A stretch of DNA of 64,000 nt, taken from assembly GCA_048013815.1 (NCBI GenBank), contig CM106586.1:19220001-19284000 (forward strand), given 5' to 3'. A program made the position numbers and the translations under genes. The DNA comes from Setoptus koraiensis (Eukaryota; Animalia; Arthropoda). The notes under the pieces are model-generated. The model had not been told where the DNA came from. It was given only the letters and a program-made list of their open reading frames with translations, and ran no database searches. Positions 62,647 through 64,000 of the stretch are shown here, one piece after another; the stretch's first letter is position 1, and every line of letters starts with the position of its first letter.

Positions 62647-63103
62647 TTTATTATTGCTAGACTACTGTTACCTATTGAATATTATTGTAATTGTTTAAAT
62701 ATAATCGATGCATGTTAGTCATTCATCGCAAAACATTAATGGCCGACGAATCGACACTAACGACACTCTTTCGGAATAACTATGCTTCACGTAACAATTG
62801 ATGCTTTCAATTATCTAGACACTATCTACGCCTGAGGTAGATAGTGCATCTCTGCGTTGGTAGTAATTGTCATCGATGGAAACCTATGCAGCTTTATCAA
62901 AAGGAATATCGCTACTTTCTTTCATCAATGTTAACAAATACCTGACCTATTTCATGTCGAATTCTGATGCATTCAACAGAGAGGACAAGAAACGGGTCCG
63001 AGAAAATCAACTATAGACGATGCACCTATAGAGCTCAATTTTGCAATGCTATACCTCTACATATGTTCCATGTGTTCAATTGTTCTTACAAATGAACGAA
63101 TAT

Positions 63104-64000
63104 TTATTTGAAACTGTCAATCTTTAATTTCCACTCTTTCCATGCTGGTGAGAGTTGCGGCCTTCTTATCTCTAGTCTACTTGTTCCGTCTGATTTAGCA
63201 GGATCCATTTTAAAATTCAATTTTGAACCATTAGAAAATCCTCCTTCTCCATCAGCTACAATGATAGAAGAGATTCGTTTGTCACTAGGCCAGTTGTATA
63301 TAACAATACGCTCTATGACACCATGGTCCAATTGAGCTTTGGTAGATGGTTTGATGTGAAGGAGTTCATCATAGTAAGATATATCCTTGTAGATGGCACT
63401 CTTGGTATCAGGTTCGAGAATCTTTGTTCTATCAACGTAAAGATTTCCATGAGCATAAGATTTGTCGTTGTATTTACCCAAGACAATATCTAAGGTGATG
63501 GGATCTTTGATTGCTAAATCTAGACTGCGTCTCATTCTGTAATGCCTCGGTATAATAGTTCCGGCTCTTTGGAACAGAGGTATCGTTGAGATGTCAACAG
63601 GCATGTGTACAGTTTGGCCACCATGGTACAAGACGAAATTGTTGAGATCAAACCAAGCATTGACATCTTTCTTGCCAGGCAGATACACATTTACAGACTG
63701 AACACCCTTCTCCATGACAGGTTTGACCAGTAAGGCGACTCCAAGACCATGCTGATCATCTAGATCAAATGTCTTCTCATCTTGTGGGTCATGGAACCAG
63801 TGTGGCCGTAGCATGGGCATTCCTGTAAAATGTGATTCAAAAAATAATGTATACCAATAGGGTGCATAAGAGTATCGGAGTCTTATAGCATTCCTTAGGT
63901 GGTTTTGGGTCTCTTCAGAAAACATATAGGCCTCTCTTCTACGTGAATCGTGATGAGCATGAGCGCGGAAAAAAGGTTGAAAGGCACCAGCTTGAAACCA
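63104..64000 (-). CDS. GANAB: Glucosidase II alpha subunit (GH31), 3' part; the gene continues beyond the window
   Basis: WFQAGAFQPFFRAHAHHDSRRRE, LRYSYAPYWYTLF, G.PMLRP.W, ALLVKPV, VYLPG, IPLFQRAGTIIPR, C-terminal LEIRRPQL. Confidence 0.9.
   Translation of the reverse strand, partial: WFQAGAFQPFFRAHAHHDSRRREAYMFSEETQNHLRNAIRLRYSYAPYWYTLFFESHFTGMPMLRPHWFHDPQDEKTFDLDDQHGLGVALLVKPVMEKGVQSVNVYLPGKKDVNAWFDLNNFVLYHGGQTVHMPVDISTIPLFQRAGTIIPRHYRMRRSLDLAIKDPITLDIVLGKYNDKSYAHGNLYVDRTKILEPDTKSAIYKDISYYDELLHIKPSTKAQLDHGVIERIVIYNWPSDKRISSIIVADGEGGFSNGSKLNFKMDPAKSDGTSRLEIRRPQLSPAWKEWKLKIDSFK

Overview
Eukaryotic arthropod-type DNA from a compact genome. An acariform, possibly eriophyoid-like, mite is my inference from the mostly intronless housekeeping genes, short introns and GR-like receptor genes. 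The window has three zones. (1) 0.5-28.8 kb: an intronless SoxB1/SoxNeuro gene (minus strand) and a ~26 kb GC-rich gene desert upstream of it, with TF-site clusters, palindromes and short tandem arrays. (2) 28.9-41.9 kb: tightly packed housekeeping genes (DDX43-like helicase, Nup93, mRpS18B, Fmr1, POLR3E/RPC5). (3) 41.9-58 kb: a rearrangement hot spot. It holds a ~3 kb inverted duplication carrying two intact 3-exon gustatory-receptor-like genes around a serine protease and a decayed DNA-transposase gene. Next come an orphan ORF, an inverted copy of a neighbouring putative promoter, a near-identical glucosidase II alpha fragment, and a second POLR3E shortened by in-frame deletions. The window ends with a 12-exon PAN/apple-domain membrane protein gene and the 3' end of glucosidase II alpha. 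All alignments and counts were done by eye; identities are approximate and no database search was run.
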